A DNA stretch of 64,000 nucleotides from an uncultured Planctomycetia bacterium (GCA_964406665.1 CAYOSQ010000009.1:6106-70105); one strand, 5' to 3'; positions 1 through 8,546 are shown, numbered from the stretch's first letter. Program-made: numbers and translations. The notes: generated from the sequence alone by a model not told the origin.

Positions 1-2
1 CC

Positions 3-1118
3 ATTGGCGCGGAAAGTGGATATTTATATGTAAGAAATGAATATCCGCTTGCAGTTAAACATTCAAGGATAGCGATTGAGCAGGCAAAAAAACTGGGGCT
101 CCTGGGTAAGAATATATTAGGGAAGAAATTTTCATTTGATATAAAGATAGCCCGAGGTGGAGGTGCATTCATTTGCGGTGAGTCAAGCGCATTAATGGCA
201 TCTTTAGAAGGAATGGTGGGAGAGCCCAAGCCCAAAGATATTCATACTACAGAAAAAGGATTTTTGGATTTACCAACAAACTTGAATAATGTTGAGACCT
301 GGGCAAATGTCCCCTCAATTATTAATAACGGTGCTTCTTGGTTTGCTTCTAAGGGTACTGCCCAGAGTAAAGGAACAAAGATTTTTGCTCTTACCGGTCA
401 AATAAGAAATACTGGTTTGGTGGAAGTTCCTATGGGAATTAGTTTACGTGAGATTATATATGATATCGGCGGAGGTTCTACTAATGGCAATAGGATAAAA
501 GCTGTTCAGACTGGCGGGCCATCCGGTGGTTGTCTGCCCGAGAAGATGTTTGATTTATCAGTAGACTTTGAAGAATTAGCCCAAGCAGGTTCAATGGTGG
601 GTTCTGGCGGCATGGTAGTAATGGATGATTCAACCTGTATGGTTGATGTAGCAAAATACTTTTTGAAATTTCTCATAGATGAATCATGTGGAAAATGCGT
701 TCCTTGTAGAGTAGGTTTAAGCAGAATGCTTGAGGTGATAAATGATATCTCCGAAGGCAGAGGCACTTTAGAGAAGCTTGAGCTTCTTGAAGATACTGCC
801 GAAACTGTGACCATAGCGTCGTTATGCGCATTGGGTAAAACTGCGCCCAATCCGGTTTTATCTACGATTAAATATTTCCGCAGTGAGTACGAGGCGCATA
901 TAAAGGAAAGGCGTTGTCCTGCTGGAGTATGTAGGGAGCTAATTCATTATTCTATTAACGAAGAAAAATGTAAAGGTTGTACAGCTTGTTTAAAAGCATG
1001 TCCTCACGATGCTATTACCGGAGAAATTAAAAAGGTTCATAAAATTGACGAGAGCAAATGCCACAAGTGTGGTATTTGTAAAGAGGTCTGCAAATTTGAA
1101 GCCATAGAGGTGTTATAA
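3..1118 (+). CDS. nuoF: NuoF/HydB-like NADH-binding flavoprotein with C-terminal 2x[4Fe-4S] domain (5'-partial)
   Basis: Frame open from nt 3 ([17 protein letters not shown]...[19 protein letters not shown]); [27 protein letters not shown] motifs; two C-terminal CxxCxxCxxxC motifs. Confidence 0.9.
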   Translation: MGAESGYLYVRNEYPLAVKHSRIAIEQAKKLGLLGKNILGKKFSFDIKIARGGGAFICGESSALMASLEGMVGEPKPKDIHTTEKGFLDLPTNLNNVETWANVPSIINNGASWFASKGTAQSKGTKIFALTGQIRNTGLVEVPMGISLREIIYDIGGGSTNGNRIKAVQTGGPSGGCLPEKMFDLSVDFEELAQAGSMVGSGGMVVMDDSTCMVDVAKYFLKFLIDESCGKCVPCRVGLSRMLEVINDISEGRGTLEKLELLEDTAETVTIASLCALGKTAPNPVLSTIKYFRSEYEAHIKERRCPAGVCRELIHYSINEEKCKGCTACLKACPHDAITGEIKKVHKIDESKCHKCGICKEVCKFEAIEVL

Positions 1119-1120
1119 AA

Positions 1121-1810
1121 ATGTCAAAATACATAACTCTTACTATCGACGGAGCAAAGGTTAAGGCACTAGAAGGAACAACAGTATTAGATGCAGCGCT
1201 TGATTACGGAATCTGTATTCCGCATTTGTGTCATATGCGGGGGATTACTCCTTTCGGAGGATGTCGATTGTGTATTGTAGAGGTTGTTAAGAATGGAAGG
1301 TCAAAAGTAACTGCTTCTTGTACACTTGAAGTAGAAGAGGGTATGGAAATCTTAGCTCATACCGAAAAGATACTTAAGGCAAGAAAAAATGTTGCAGAGA
1401 TGTTAGTCGCGGAAGCACCGAATTCGCGGGCTATCCAGGATATTGCTGTTAGATGTGGTGTTAAAAATGTAAGATATGCGTTTCGCCATAAAGAGTGTGT
1501 TTTGTGCGGGCGTTGCGTGAGAGTTTGCGATGAACTTTGGCGGTCTAAATCTTTAGGATTTGTCGGCCGTGGCAATGAGCGCCACGTAAGATTGCCGTTT
1601 GACAAAAGACCGGAGTTTTGCAAACAATGCAATAATTGCATAGATGCTTGTCCTATGACGATTACTCCTTGTCCTGGTCCTATGAAAGAGGGCGAAGAAG
1701 CCCTTTGTGGTTTATGTGAATCACAGCTATCTATGGCCAAGGAAATTGAGGATAGTTGTGTAGATTGTAGGCTAGGAGAAGGATTTAATTGCGTTAAAAA
1801 GACCTCTTAA
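1121..1810 (+). CDS. 2Fe-2S/4Fe-4S protein resembling the N-terminus of NuoG/HydA, without catalytic domain
   Basis: IPHLC..GGCRLCIVEV..ASC [2Fe-2S] motif; CVLCGRCVRVC and CKQCNNCIDACP; extra Cys-rich tail. Confidence 0.85.
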   Translation: MSKYITLTIDGAKVKALEGTTVLDAALDYGICIPHLCHMRGITPFGGCRLCIVEVVKNGRSKVTASCTLEVEEGMEILAHTEKILKARKNVAEMLVAEAPNSRAIQDIAVRCGVKNVRYAFRHKECVLCGRCVRVCDELWRSKSLGFVGRGNERHVRLPFDKRPEFCKQCNNCIDACPMTITPCPGPMKEGEEALCGLCESQLSMAKEIEDSCVDCRLGEGFNCVKKTS

Positions 1811-1816
1811 AAAATC

Positions 1817-1845
1817 TTGACAAAAATTATAATAGTAGTTATAAT
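1817..1845 (+). promoter_or_regulatory. sigma70 promoter
   Basis: Exact TTGACA (1817-1822), 17-nt spacer, TATAAT (1840-1845). Confidence 0.8.
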
Positions 1846-1857
1846 TTAAACAAATTC

Positions 1858-1917
1858 TACAGTGTTGTATTTTAAGATTGAACAAAGGCGTTCTTAGTCA
1901 AGGACGTCTTTTGTTTT
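1858..1917 (+). promoter_or_regulatory. ANTAR-type dual-hairpin attenuator with overlapping intrinsic terminator
   Basis: TAC-AGTGTT-GTA and GAAC-AAAGGC-GTTC hexaloops with A1/G4; second hairpin overlaps terminator stem 1884-1895/1900-1911 followed by T-rich tract. Confidence 0.65.
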
Positions 1918-1931
1918 AGTTTGAGGTTAGA

Positions 1932-2056
1932 CCCGCACCTTTTTGGTATCCAAGGGGATGCTAAAAAGGTGATAAAAAAGTAGATAGATAAAAGGTGCGG
2001 GATTAATTCGCACAAGTGATTTACATCGCTTTCAGCTCAGTAAATCATGTGCTCAT
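1932..2056 (+). repeat. Structured two-hairpin leader element, copy 1
   Basis: CCCGCACCTTTT..AAAAGGTGCGGG plus GCACA-AG-TGATTTAC..GTAAATCA-TGTGC; homologous to 8375-8531. Confidence 0.7.
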
Positions 2057-2070
2057 TAAATGGAGGAAAA

Positions 2071-3657
2071 ATGAATCTGCAAAGACCAAATGCAAATGAT
2101 GTAACACAGACAGCGAATCGATCCAGGAATATTGCTCCTACTTCAGGACTTTGTACTCGCTGTATCGATGGTTGTCGCGGTAACTGTGAAGTATTCAAAG
2201 CTAGTTTTCGTGGCCGAGAGGTAATTTATCCAGGGCCGTTTGGAGAAATAACTGCCGGAGGAGATAAAGATTATCCGGTTGATTATTCGCATCTTAATAT
2301 TTTAGGTTATGCTATGGGAGCAAAGGGACTTCCTAAAGGAGTTAAAGGTGATCCTGATACTGCTATATTTCCTAAAGTAGATACTGAGACTGAATATGGT
2401 TGGAAAGATAAAGTAAAAATGGCAATTCCTGCATTTACCGGCGCTTTAGGTTCTACTGAAATCGCTAGAAAGAACTGGGAACATTTTGCCATCGGTGCTG
2501 CTATTTCGGGCGTAACGCTTGTCTGCGGAGAGAATGTCTGTGGTATAGATCCTGCATTAGAATTGGATTCTAAGGGAATGATTAAAAAAGCACCTGATAT
2601 GGATAGAAGGATTGAGACCTACCGTAAGTTTCACCAAGGATACGGAGAAATTCTTGTTCAGATGAATGTTGAAGATACTAGGCTTGGTGTTGCTGAGTAT
2701 GTTAGTAAAAAGCATAAGCTAAAGACTATCGAGCTTAAGTGGGGCCAAGGAGCAAAATGTATCGGAGGAGAAATTAAAGTTAAATCTTTAGAGAGAGCGT
2801 TGGAACTCAAAAAACGCGGATACATTGTAACACCTGATCCTACGCTTAAATCAGTTAAGCAGGCGTATAAGGCAGGAGCAATTAAAGAGTTCGAACGTCA
2901 TTCTCGCCTAGGGTTTGTTACTGAGGAAGATTTCTTCAAGGAAATTAAGCGTTTAAGAAATTTAGGTTTTGAGCGCATTACATTAAAGACCGGCGCCTAT
3001 CCTATGAGAGAATTGGCAATGGCGATTAAGTGGAGTGCTGAAGCTAAGATCGACCTTCTAACCATTGACGGTGCTCCGGGTGGAACAGGCATGAGTCCAT
3101 GGCGCATGATGGAAGAATGGGGACTTCCTACGTTCTATCTTCAGTCTTTAACTCATGAAATCTGTGAGAAGCTATCCAAAAAAGGTGTGAAGCTTCCTGA
3201 TATTGCTATTGCAGGAGGATTTTCTACCGAGGATCATATCTTCAAAGTATTATCAATGGGTGCTCCATATGTTAAATCTGTATGTATGGGGAGAGCCTTT
3301 ATGATTCCTGGTATGGTTGGTAAGAATATTGGATACTGGATTGAAGGAAAAGATCTTCCTAATACAGTTTCTCGTTTTGGTAAAAAACCAGAAGAGATCT
3401 TTGTTTGTTACAAAGAGCTTGAAGAGAAATACGGTAAGAGAATAAAAGAGATTCCTTTAGGTGCTATAGGAATTTATAGTTTCTCTCAGAAGTTAAGAGT
3501 AGGTCTGCAGCAGTTAATGGCAGGAACGAGAAACTTTAGTCTTCCGTCTATTTCTCGTAAAGATGTTGCCTGTCTTACCCAAGAGGCAGCTAAGATCTCT
3601 GGCATTCCTTATATTATGGATGCATATCGAGAAGAAGCAAATAAGGTATTGAAGTAA
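2071..3657 (+). CDS. FMN-binding glutamate synthase family protein (stand-alone synthase domain)
   Basis: IELKWGQGAK, LLTIDGAPGGTG, IAGGFS motifs; N-terminal CTRCIDGCRGNC; GGAGG RBS before ATG 2071. Confidence 0.85.
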   Translation: MNLQRPNANDVTQTANRSRNIAPTSGLCTRCIDGCRGNCEVFKASFRGREVIYPGPFGEITAGGDKDYPVDYSHLNILGYAMGAKGLPKGVKGDPDTAIFPKVDTETEYGWKDKVKMAIPAFTGALGSTEIARKNWEHFAIGAAISGVTLVCGENVCGIDPALELDSKGMIKKAPDMDRRIETYRKFHQGYGEILVQMNVEDTRLGVAEYVSKKHKLKTIELKWGQGAKCIGGEIKVKSLERALELKKRGYIVTPDPTLKSVKQAYKAGAIKEFERHSRLGFVTEEDFFKEIKRLRNLGFERITLKTGAYPMRELAMAIKWSAEAKIDLLTIDGAPGGTGMSPWRMMEEWGLPTFYLQSLTHEICEKLSKKGVKLPDIAIAGGFSTEDHIFKVLSMGAPYVKSVCMGRAFMIPGMVGKNIGYWIEGKDLPNTVSRFGKKPEEIFVCYKELEEKYGKRIKEIPLGAIGIYSFSQKLRVGLQQLMAGTRNFSLPSISRKDVACLTQEAAKISGIPYIMDAYREEANKVLK

Positions 3658-3691
3658 GAAAAGACAAGAAGAAATTCTTGTGTGGTTTATA

Positions 3692-3726
3692 AAAGCGGCG
3701 TCCGCCAAAATGGCAGACGCCGCTTT
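3692..3726. terminator. Probable bidirectional intrinsic terminator between convergent genes
   Basis: AAAGCGGCGTC..GACGCCGCTTT stem flanked by A and T runs. Confidence 0.7.
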
Positions 3727-3809
3727 AATTTACAACCAGTCACTCGGGACTGTTAGCGATAGCAACCCTTTAGGGCTTCGCTGCCCCTCGCCTTGCTCGG
3801 GACTGCTTA

Positions 3810-5336
3810 TTAGAGTAGGGGAAGGTATTTCTTTATTTCATGCTGCGTGATCTGGATACGATATTCTTCCCATTCCCGCTTTTTGTTAAACAGAAATCTA
3901 CTGAATATATGTTCTCCTAAGGCATCTTTAACGAATGAACTTTTTTCCGTTTCAAGAATTGCCTCGAAAAGGTTTCCCGGTAGAGATGTCAGACCACGGC
4001 GCTCGCGTTCTTCCATTGCCATATTATAGATATTCGGCTCGACAGGAGCAGGGATGGCATATTTTTTCTCTATGCCTTCTAAGCCCGCTGCTAACATAAC
4101 CGCAAATGCTAAATACGGGTTGCAAGCAGGATCTGGACAACGTAGTTCTACGCGTGTTGCTTTTTCATTTCCCATGCGATACAAAGGGACTCTCAAAAGT
4201 GCAGTCCTGTTTCTCTGTGCCCAGGATGCATAAACCGGAGCTTCGTATCCTGAGACAAGTCTTTTATAAGAGTTTACCCACTGCGCAGTAAGAGAACATA
4301 TTTCACGTGCATGCTTTAATTGTCCGGCAATAAAACGCTTTGCAATAGGAGATAAGTGGTGCTTGTCTTTCTTATCAAAGAAAGCATTTTTGCTACCTTT
4401 AAACAAAGACTGATGTACGTGCATTCCTGAACCATTAACACCAAACATCGGCTTAGGCATAAAGGTAGCATAGACGCCTGCTTGCTGGGCGATTTCTTTA
4501 ATAACATATTTGGATGTAATCACATTGTCTGCAGCAGAAAGCGCATCGGAATATTTTGGATCAATCTCATGTTGAGAAGGGGCTACCTCATGATGGCTGG
4601 CTTCCATCGATACACCCATTTCTTCTAGTACCCGTATAGTCTTATTTCGAAGCGTATTGGCCAAGTCGTTGGGAATTAACTCAAAATATGAACCTTCATC
4701 AATAATCTCAGGTTTATGCGCAGACTTAAAATAGAAGTACTCAATCTCAGCGCCTACAAAAAATGTAAGACCATATTTATTCGCACGTGCCATTGCTCGT
4801 TTTAAGACGTAGCGAGGATCACCTACGTATGCACTTCTATCAGGGTTTAAGATATCGCAGAAAATGCGTGCTATAGGGTAATCACCTTTAGTCCAAGGGA
4901 GTATCTTAAAGGTAGTAGGATCGGGTTGAGCGATTATGTCGCTTTCCTCAGCTTCTGCAAAACCGGTAACTGAAGAACCATCAAAACCTTTACCATGCTC
5001 CAGAGCTTCTTTAAGTTCACCAGGGGTTATGGAAACACACTTTAAAATACCTAAAATATCCACGAACCACAGCTGAATGGTGCGAATCTTATTGTGTTCG
5101 ACCTTAGCTAGGATATCGCGTGCAATACGTTTCTTAGATGAAGTAAGCGCTGGGTTTTCAGCGCGCCTTGCTGCTTGAGATTTACGTTTAGGCAAAAGCG
5201 CATCCTTAGGGATTATGTACTGTCTGCCTGCTCGCTCAGCAGGGAGGGTGCCGTGTTTGATTTTATCGTTCACTGCTTGTCTAGAAATTCCTAAAAGCTT
5301 CGCTGCTTCTGTTGGACTTAAATATTCTTTATTCAT
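3810..5336 (-). CDS. glnA: Type I glutamine synthetase with N-terminal excisionase/MerR-like HTH (HTH_17-like) domain
   Basis: YLSPTEAAKLLGISRQAVNDKIKHGTLPAERAGRQYII then full GS motifs (FDGSS, EIE, HHEVAPSQHE, NGSGMHVHQS, GYEAP, RNR, ELRCPDP); AGGAGG RBS before ATG 5336. Confidence 0.9.
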   Translation of the reverse strand: MNKEYLSPTEAAKLLGISRQAVNDKIKHGTLPAERAGRQYIIPKDALLPKRKSQAARRAENPALTSSKKRIARDILAKVEHNKIRTIQLWFVDILGILKCVSITPGELKEALEHGKGFDGSSVTGFAEAEESDIIAQPDPTTFKILPWTKGDYPIARIFCDILNPDRSAYVGDPRYVLKRAMARANKYGLTFFVGAEIEYFYFKSAHKPEIIDEGSYFELIPNDLANTLRNKTIRVLEEMGVSMEASHHEVAPSQHEIDPKYSDALSAADNVITSKYVIKEIAQQAGVYATFMPKPMFGVNGSGMHVHQSLFKGSKNAFFDKKDKHHLSPIAKRFIAGQLKHAREICSLTAQWVNSYKRLVSGYEAPVYASWAQRNRTALLRVPLYRMGNEKATRVELRCPDPACNPYLAFAVMLAAGLEGIEKKYAIPAPVEPNIYNMAMEERERRGLTSLPGNLFEAILETEKSSFVKDALGEHIFSRFLFNKKREWEEYRIQITQHEIKKYLPLL

Positions 5337-5346
5337 GTCGTACCTC

Positions 5347-5441
5347 CTTGTCAATTGACAAGTATACCATAAACTTGTCATTTGTCAAGTAAAATCTTTT
5401 TTTACAAAAAAACTTGACAAAATGGCCAGATATGTTATATT
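5347..5441. promoter_or_regulatory. Divergent promoters with palindromic operator candidate
   Basis: Perfect palindrome CTTGTCAATTGACAAG (5347-5362); minus-strand TTGACA/TATACT (5388-5361); plus-strand TTGACA (5414-5419)/TATATT (5436-5441). Confidence 0.6.
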
Positions 5442-5446
5442 TAACA

Positions 5447-5612
5447 TGACGATGGAAGTCAAAGAGGCAATGTAGCCCCAATGTAATGGGGCAATTTTTT
5501 TAGACAAAGATGTCCTGATTGAGATTTAAAGAATCTCGATGAGGATTTTTTTATTTTTTTGAACGAAGACGTTCTTAATGACCTAAGAAAGGTTGGAGAA
5601 CGTCTTTTTTTT
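5447..5612 (+). promoter_or_regulatory. Leader with tandem ANTAR-like hairpins, each overlapping a terminator
   Basis: Hexaloops GGC-AATGTA-GCC, GAC-AAAGAT-GTC, GAAC-GAAGAC-GTTC, each overlapping a stem followed by a T-tract. Confidence 0.6.
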
Positions 5613-5716
5613 AGATTGTGACACAACTTACGTAAGCGTAAACGAGACGTAAGTTGTAAGTCACAAGCAACCCCGGACAAAGTCCGGGGAAGGATAAGAA
5701 TAAAAAGGAGAAAATA

Positions 5717-6514
5717 ATGAGAAGATCAAAAATAAATTTTATTGTTTTAGCAATAGTTGTTTCAGTGTTTCTTGCTCTTCCTATATATGCTGTTGAAGTA
5801 AATGATCAGGAAGTAAATATTTCTGTTTCGCAAGTTTTTGTTTCAAGATATATCTGGCGAGGGCAGGATCTTTATGCACAAAATGATGCAGCTTATCAAC
5901 CCAGTATTGATATATCTGCTCCCGGGTTTTTATTTGGGACAGATGTAGGTTTGAATATCTGGGGGTCGTTTCCGTTGTCAGATGGCCACGAAGACGGCGA
6001 AGAGCTTGATTATACCTTGAGTTTTTCCAAAGATTTCTTTGATGGCCTGGTAAGTATATCAGAGGGTTACACCTATTTTGACTATCCTAATACATCAGAT
6101 ACTGCAGATGTGAGTGAACCTTGGGTAAACATTACGCTTAATGAGATTCCTAAACTTCCAATTCCCATTTCAATGTCAGTGTTTATGGGATATGATTTTG
6201 CAGCAGCTTCAGGTGGGCCTGATGAGGGCTGGTATTATTCCTGGGGTTTTGCTGGGGATATTGATTTACCTGAGTGGGAAATCTTCCAGGAAGATCAAGT
6301 AGTCTCTTGTAGTATTACTAATTGGGGCAATGACGGTGTTGCTGACCTTAAGCCCAGCACACTTTATGCAACTGATTTTTCGTTTTCAACCTCATATGCA
6401 TTTGGTGATATTAGTGTATCTCCTAGCTTAAATTATACTATGAACCATGAGGAAGCGATCAATTCAGGGGATAGTGAAATTTGGACCGGGATAGAAATCA
6501 GTTATGTATTCTAA
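5717..6514 (+). CDS. Putative outer-membrane beta-barrel (TorF/Gcw_chp-like porin) upstream of amtB
   Basis: Signal peptide, SRYIWRGQ, EELDY motifs, terminal Phe (ISYVF), nitrogen-operon context. Confidence 0.65.
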   Translation: MRRSKINFIVLAIVVSVFLALPIYAVEVNDQEVNISVSQVFVSRYIWRGQDLYAQNDAAYQPSIDISAPGFLFGTDVGLNIWGSFPLSDGHEDGEELDYTLSFSKDFFDGLVSISEGYTYFDYPNTSDTADVSEPWVNITLNEIPKLPIPISMSVFMGYDFAAASGGPDEGWYYSWGFAGDIDLPEWEIFQEDQVVSCSITNWGNDGVADLKPSTLYATDFSFSTSYAFGDISVSPSLNYTMNHEEAINSGDSEIWTGIEISYVF

Positions 6515-6576
6515 TAACCCCAAAGGGGTTATTGGCCCGCGAACTAATTACTAGCGGGCTTATAAAGGAGGCAACG

Positions 6577-7950
6577 ATGTTGAGACGCTTATTTAGATAT
6601 AGATTTATCAAACTTGTTTTATTAGGAATTGTGGCAGTTAGCATAATGCTGGGAACTGCTTTTGCTGATGATGCTACAGCTGAAAGTAATTCCGTAGCAA
6701 TTAATACAGTTTGGACCCTCATTGCAGCATTTCTGGTTTTCTTTATGCAGGCTGGATTTGCTATGGTTGAGACTGGTTTCACCAGGGCAAAAAACGCAGC
6801 CAATATTATGATGAAGAACTTAATGGATTTTAGTGTAGGTTCTATCGCCTATTGGCTGATTGGATTTGGAATTATGTTTGGCACATCTGCGTGGGGGCTT
6901 TTCGGTAAGGACGGGTTTTTCTTAAGCTCAGGTGATCCTTCCACCGGTGAAGGTTTATGGCAGTTTGCATTTTGGATGTTTCAGACTGTGTTTGCAGCTA
7001 CCGCTGCTACTATAGTTTCTGGTGCAATGGCAGAGAGAACAAAATTTTCTGCCTACCTTTGGTATAGTGTTTTTATAACCGCTCTTATTTATCCTGTTGT
7101 AGGTCATTGGATTTGGGGTGGTGGATGGCTTTCCGCCAAGGGAATGATTGATTTTGCTGGTTCTACAGTGGTTCATTCGGTTGGTGGCTGGGCTGCGCTT
7201 GCAGGTGCAATTTTGCTGGGTCCTCGCTTGGGTAAATATAATAAGGACGGTTCTTCTCGGGCTATCCCAGGGCACAATATTCCTTTGGCAGCTTTGGGTG
7301 TGTTTATTTTATGGTTTGGATGGTTTGGCTTTAATGCCGGAAGTACGACAGCAGGCACTAATTTAAGCATAGCTACAATAGCGGTTACAACTAACTTAGC
7401 AGCAGCAGCTGGAGCTATAGCTGCGATGTCTACTGTTTGGATTCAATTTAAGAAACCTGATACTAGTATGGCTTTAAATGGTGCTTTGGCTGGACTCGTT
7501 GCGATAACGGCTCCTTGTGCAAGCGTTTCTCCGTTGAGTGCAATTATTATAGGAGCTCTTGCTGGAGTTGTTGTTGTTTTCAGTGTTGAGTTTATCGATA
7601 AGGTACTGAAGGTTGATGATCCTGTGGGTGCTATATCGGTGCATGGTGTTTGCGGTGCCTTTGGAACATTGTGTGCTGGTCTGTTTGCAGAAGCTGCTTA
7701 TGGTGAAGCCAGCGGCGTGGGAGCAGTTAATGGTCTTTTCTTCGGCGGTGGATGGAGCCAGTTTTTAACACAGCTAACAGGTGTTGTTTCAGTATTTTTA
7801 TGGGTATTTACATCTGCATTTATTTTGTTTTTCGTAGTTAAGAAGACAGTAGGTTTGAGAGCTTCAGATGAAGAGCAACTCAAAGGGCTTGATATTAGCG
7901 AGCATGGGATGGAGTCTTATTCTGGTTTTCAAATCTTTACAAATGAATAA
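6577..7950 (+). CDS. amtB: Ammonium transporter
   Basis: FMQAGFAMVETG, SGAMAER, DFAGSTVVH, WFGWFGFN, DDPVGAISVHG; AAGGAGG RBS before ATG 6577. Confidence 0.97.
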   Translation: MLRRLFRYRFIKLVLLGIVAVSIMLGTAFADDATAESNSVAINTVWTLIAAFLVFFMQAGFAMVETGFTRAKNAANIMMKNLMDFSVGSIAYWLIGFGIMFGTSAWGLFGKDGFFLSSGDPSTGEGLWQFAFWMFQTVFAATAATIVSGAMAERTKFSAYLWYSVFITALIYPVVGHWIWGGGWLSAKGMIDFAGSTVVHSVGGWAALAGAILLGPRLGKYNKDGSSRAIPGHNIPLAALGVFILWFGWFGFNAGSTTAGTNLSIATIAVTTNLAAAAGAIAAMSTVWIQFKKPDTSMALNGALAGLVAITAPCASVSPLSAIIIGALAGVVVVFSVEFIDKVLKVDDPVGAISVHGVCGAFGTLCAGLFAEAAYGEASGVGAVNGLFFGGGWSQFLTQLTGVVSVFLWVFTSAFILFFVVKKTVGLRASDEEQLKGLDISEHGMESYSGFQIFTNE

Positions 7951-8023
7951 ATAAAGTATAATGCTTTGCTCAGGGTGTTGTAGTTCAATGCCCTGAGCAA
8001 TAAGAAAATAAAGGAGAAATAAA

Positions 8024-8365
8024 ATGAAACTAATTGTTGCGATGATACAGCCTCATAAATTGCCGGATGTAAAGAAAGCACTCTATGGTGCTGAGGTTTT
8101 TAAGATGACTGTGACAAATGCATTGGGTTGTGGCCAGCAGAGAGGTTATACTGAGACATATCGTGGTGTAGAACAAGAGGTAAATCTTCTAAAGAAGATT
8201 CGAGTCGAGGTCGCGGTCAATGATGATTTTGTTGAACCAACAATTGAGGCGGTTGTTAAAGGTGCCCGCACAGGTAATATTGGAGATGGAAAAATATTTG
8301 TATTAGATTTACCCGAATGCATACGCATAAGAACAGGGGAAAGGGGGAATGAGGCTATCGGATAG
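8024..8365 (+). CDS. glnK: P-II nitrogen regulatory protein
   Basis: T-loop [24 protein letters not shown]; directly after amtB. Confidence 0.93.
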   Translation: MKLIVAMIQPHKLPDVKKALYGAEVFKMTVTNALGCGQQRGYTETYRGVEQEVNLLKKIRVEVAVNDDFVEPTIEAVVKGARTGNIGDGKIFVLDLPECIRIRTGERGNEAIG

Positions 8366-8374
8366 TAAATTTTC

Positions 8375-8531
8375 CCCGCCCTTTTGGTAGGGTGGGATAA
8401 AATAAAAAAGTCACCAAAAGGGCGGGATCACGTTTACGAGCAGTCAAGCAGCTCGTAAAGTGCTGCTTGTGCTGTAATTTTGCGCATATGATTTACGTCG
8501 TTTAAGGAGACTCCGTAAATCATGCGCTCAT
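8375..8531 (+). repeat. Structured two-hairpin leader element, copy 2
   Basis: CCCGCCCTTTTGGT..ACCAAAAGGGCGGG plus GCGCA-TA-TGATTTACG..CGTAAATCA-TGCGC; homologous to 1932-2056. Confidence 0.7.
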
Positions 8532-8546
8532 TTAAGGAGGAATAAA

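Noticed and set aside
3743-3805. CTCGGGACTG 10-bp direct repeat as a target-site duplication
   Set aside because: Only about 43 nt enclosed, no terminal inverted repeats and no second copy in the window
5383-5446. Canonical GlnR/TnrA box TGTNA-N7-TNACA
   Set aside because: Similar half-sites are spaced 14 nt (5383-5406) or 4 nt (5433-5446), not 7
5459-5680. 73-aa minus-strand ORF
   Set aside because: Overlaps the attenuator leader; Lys/Phe content comes from A and T tracts
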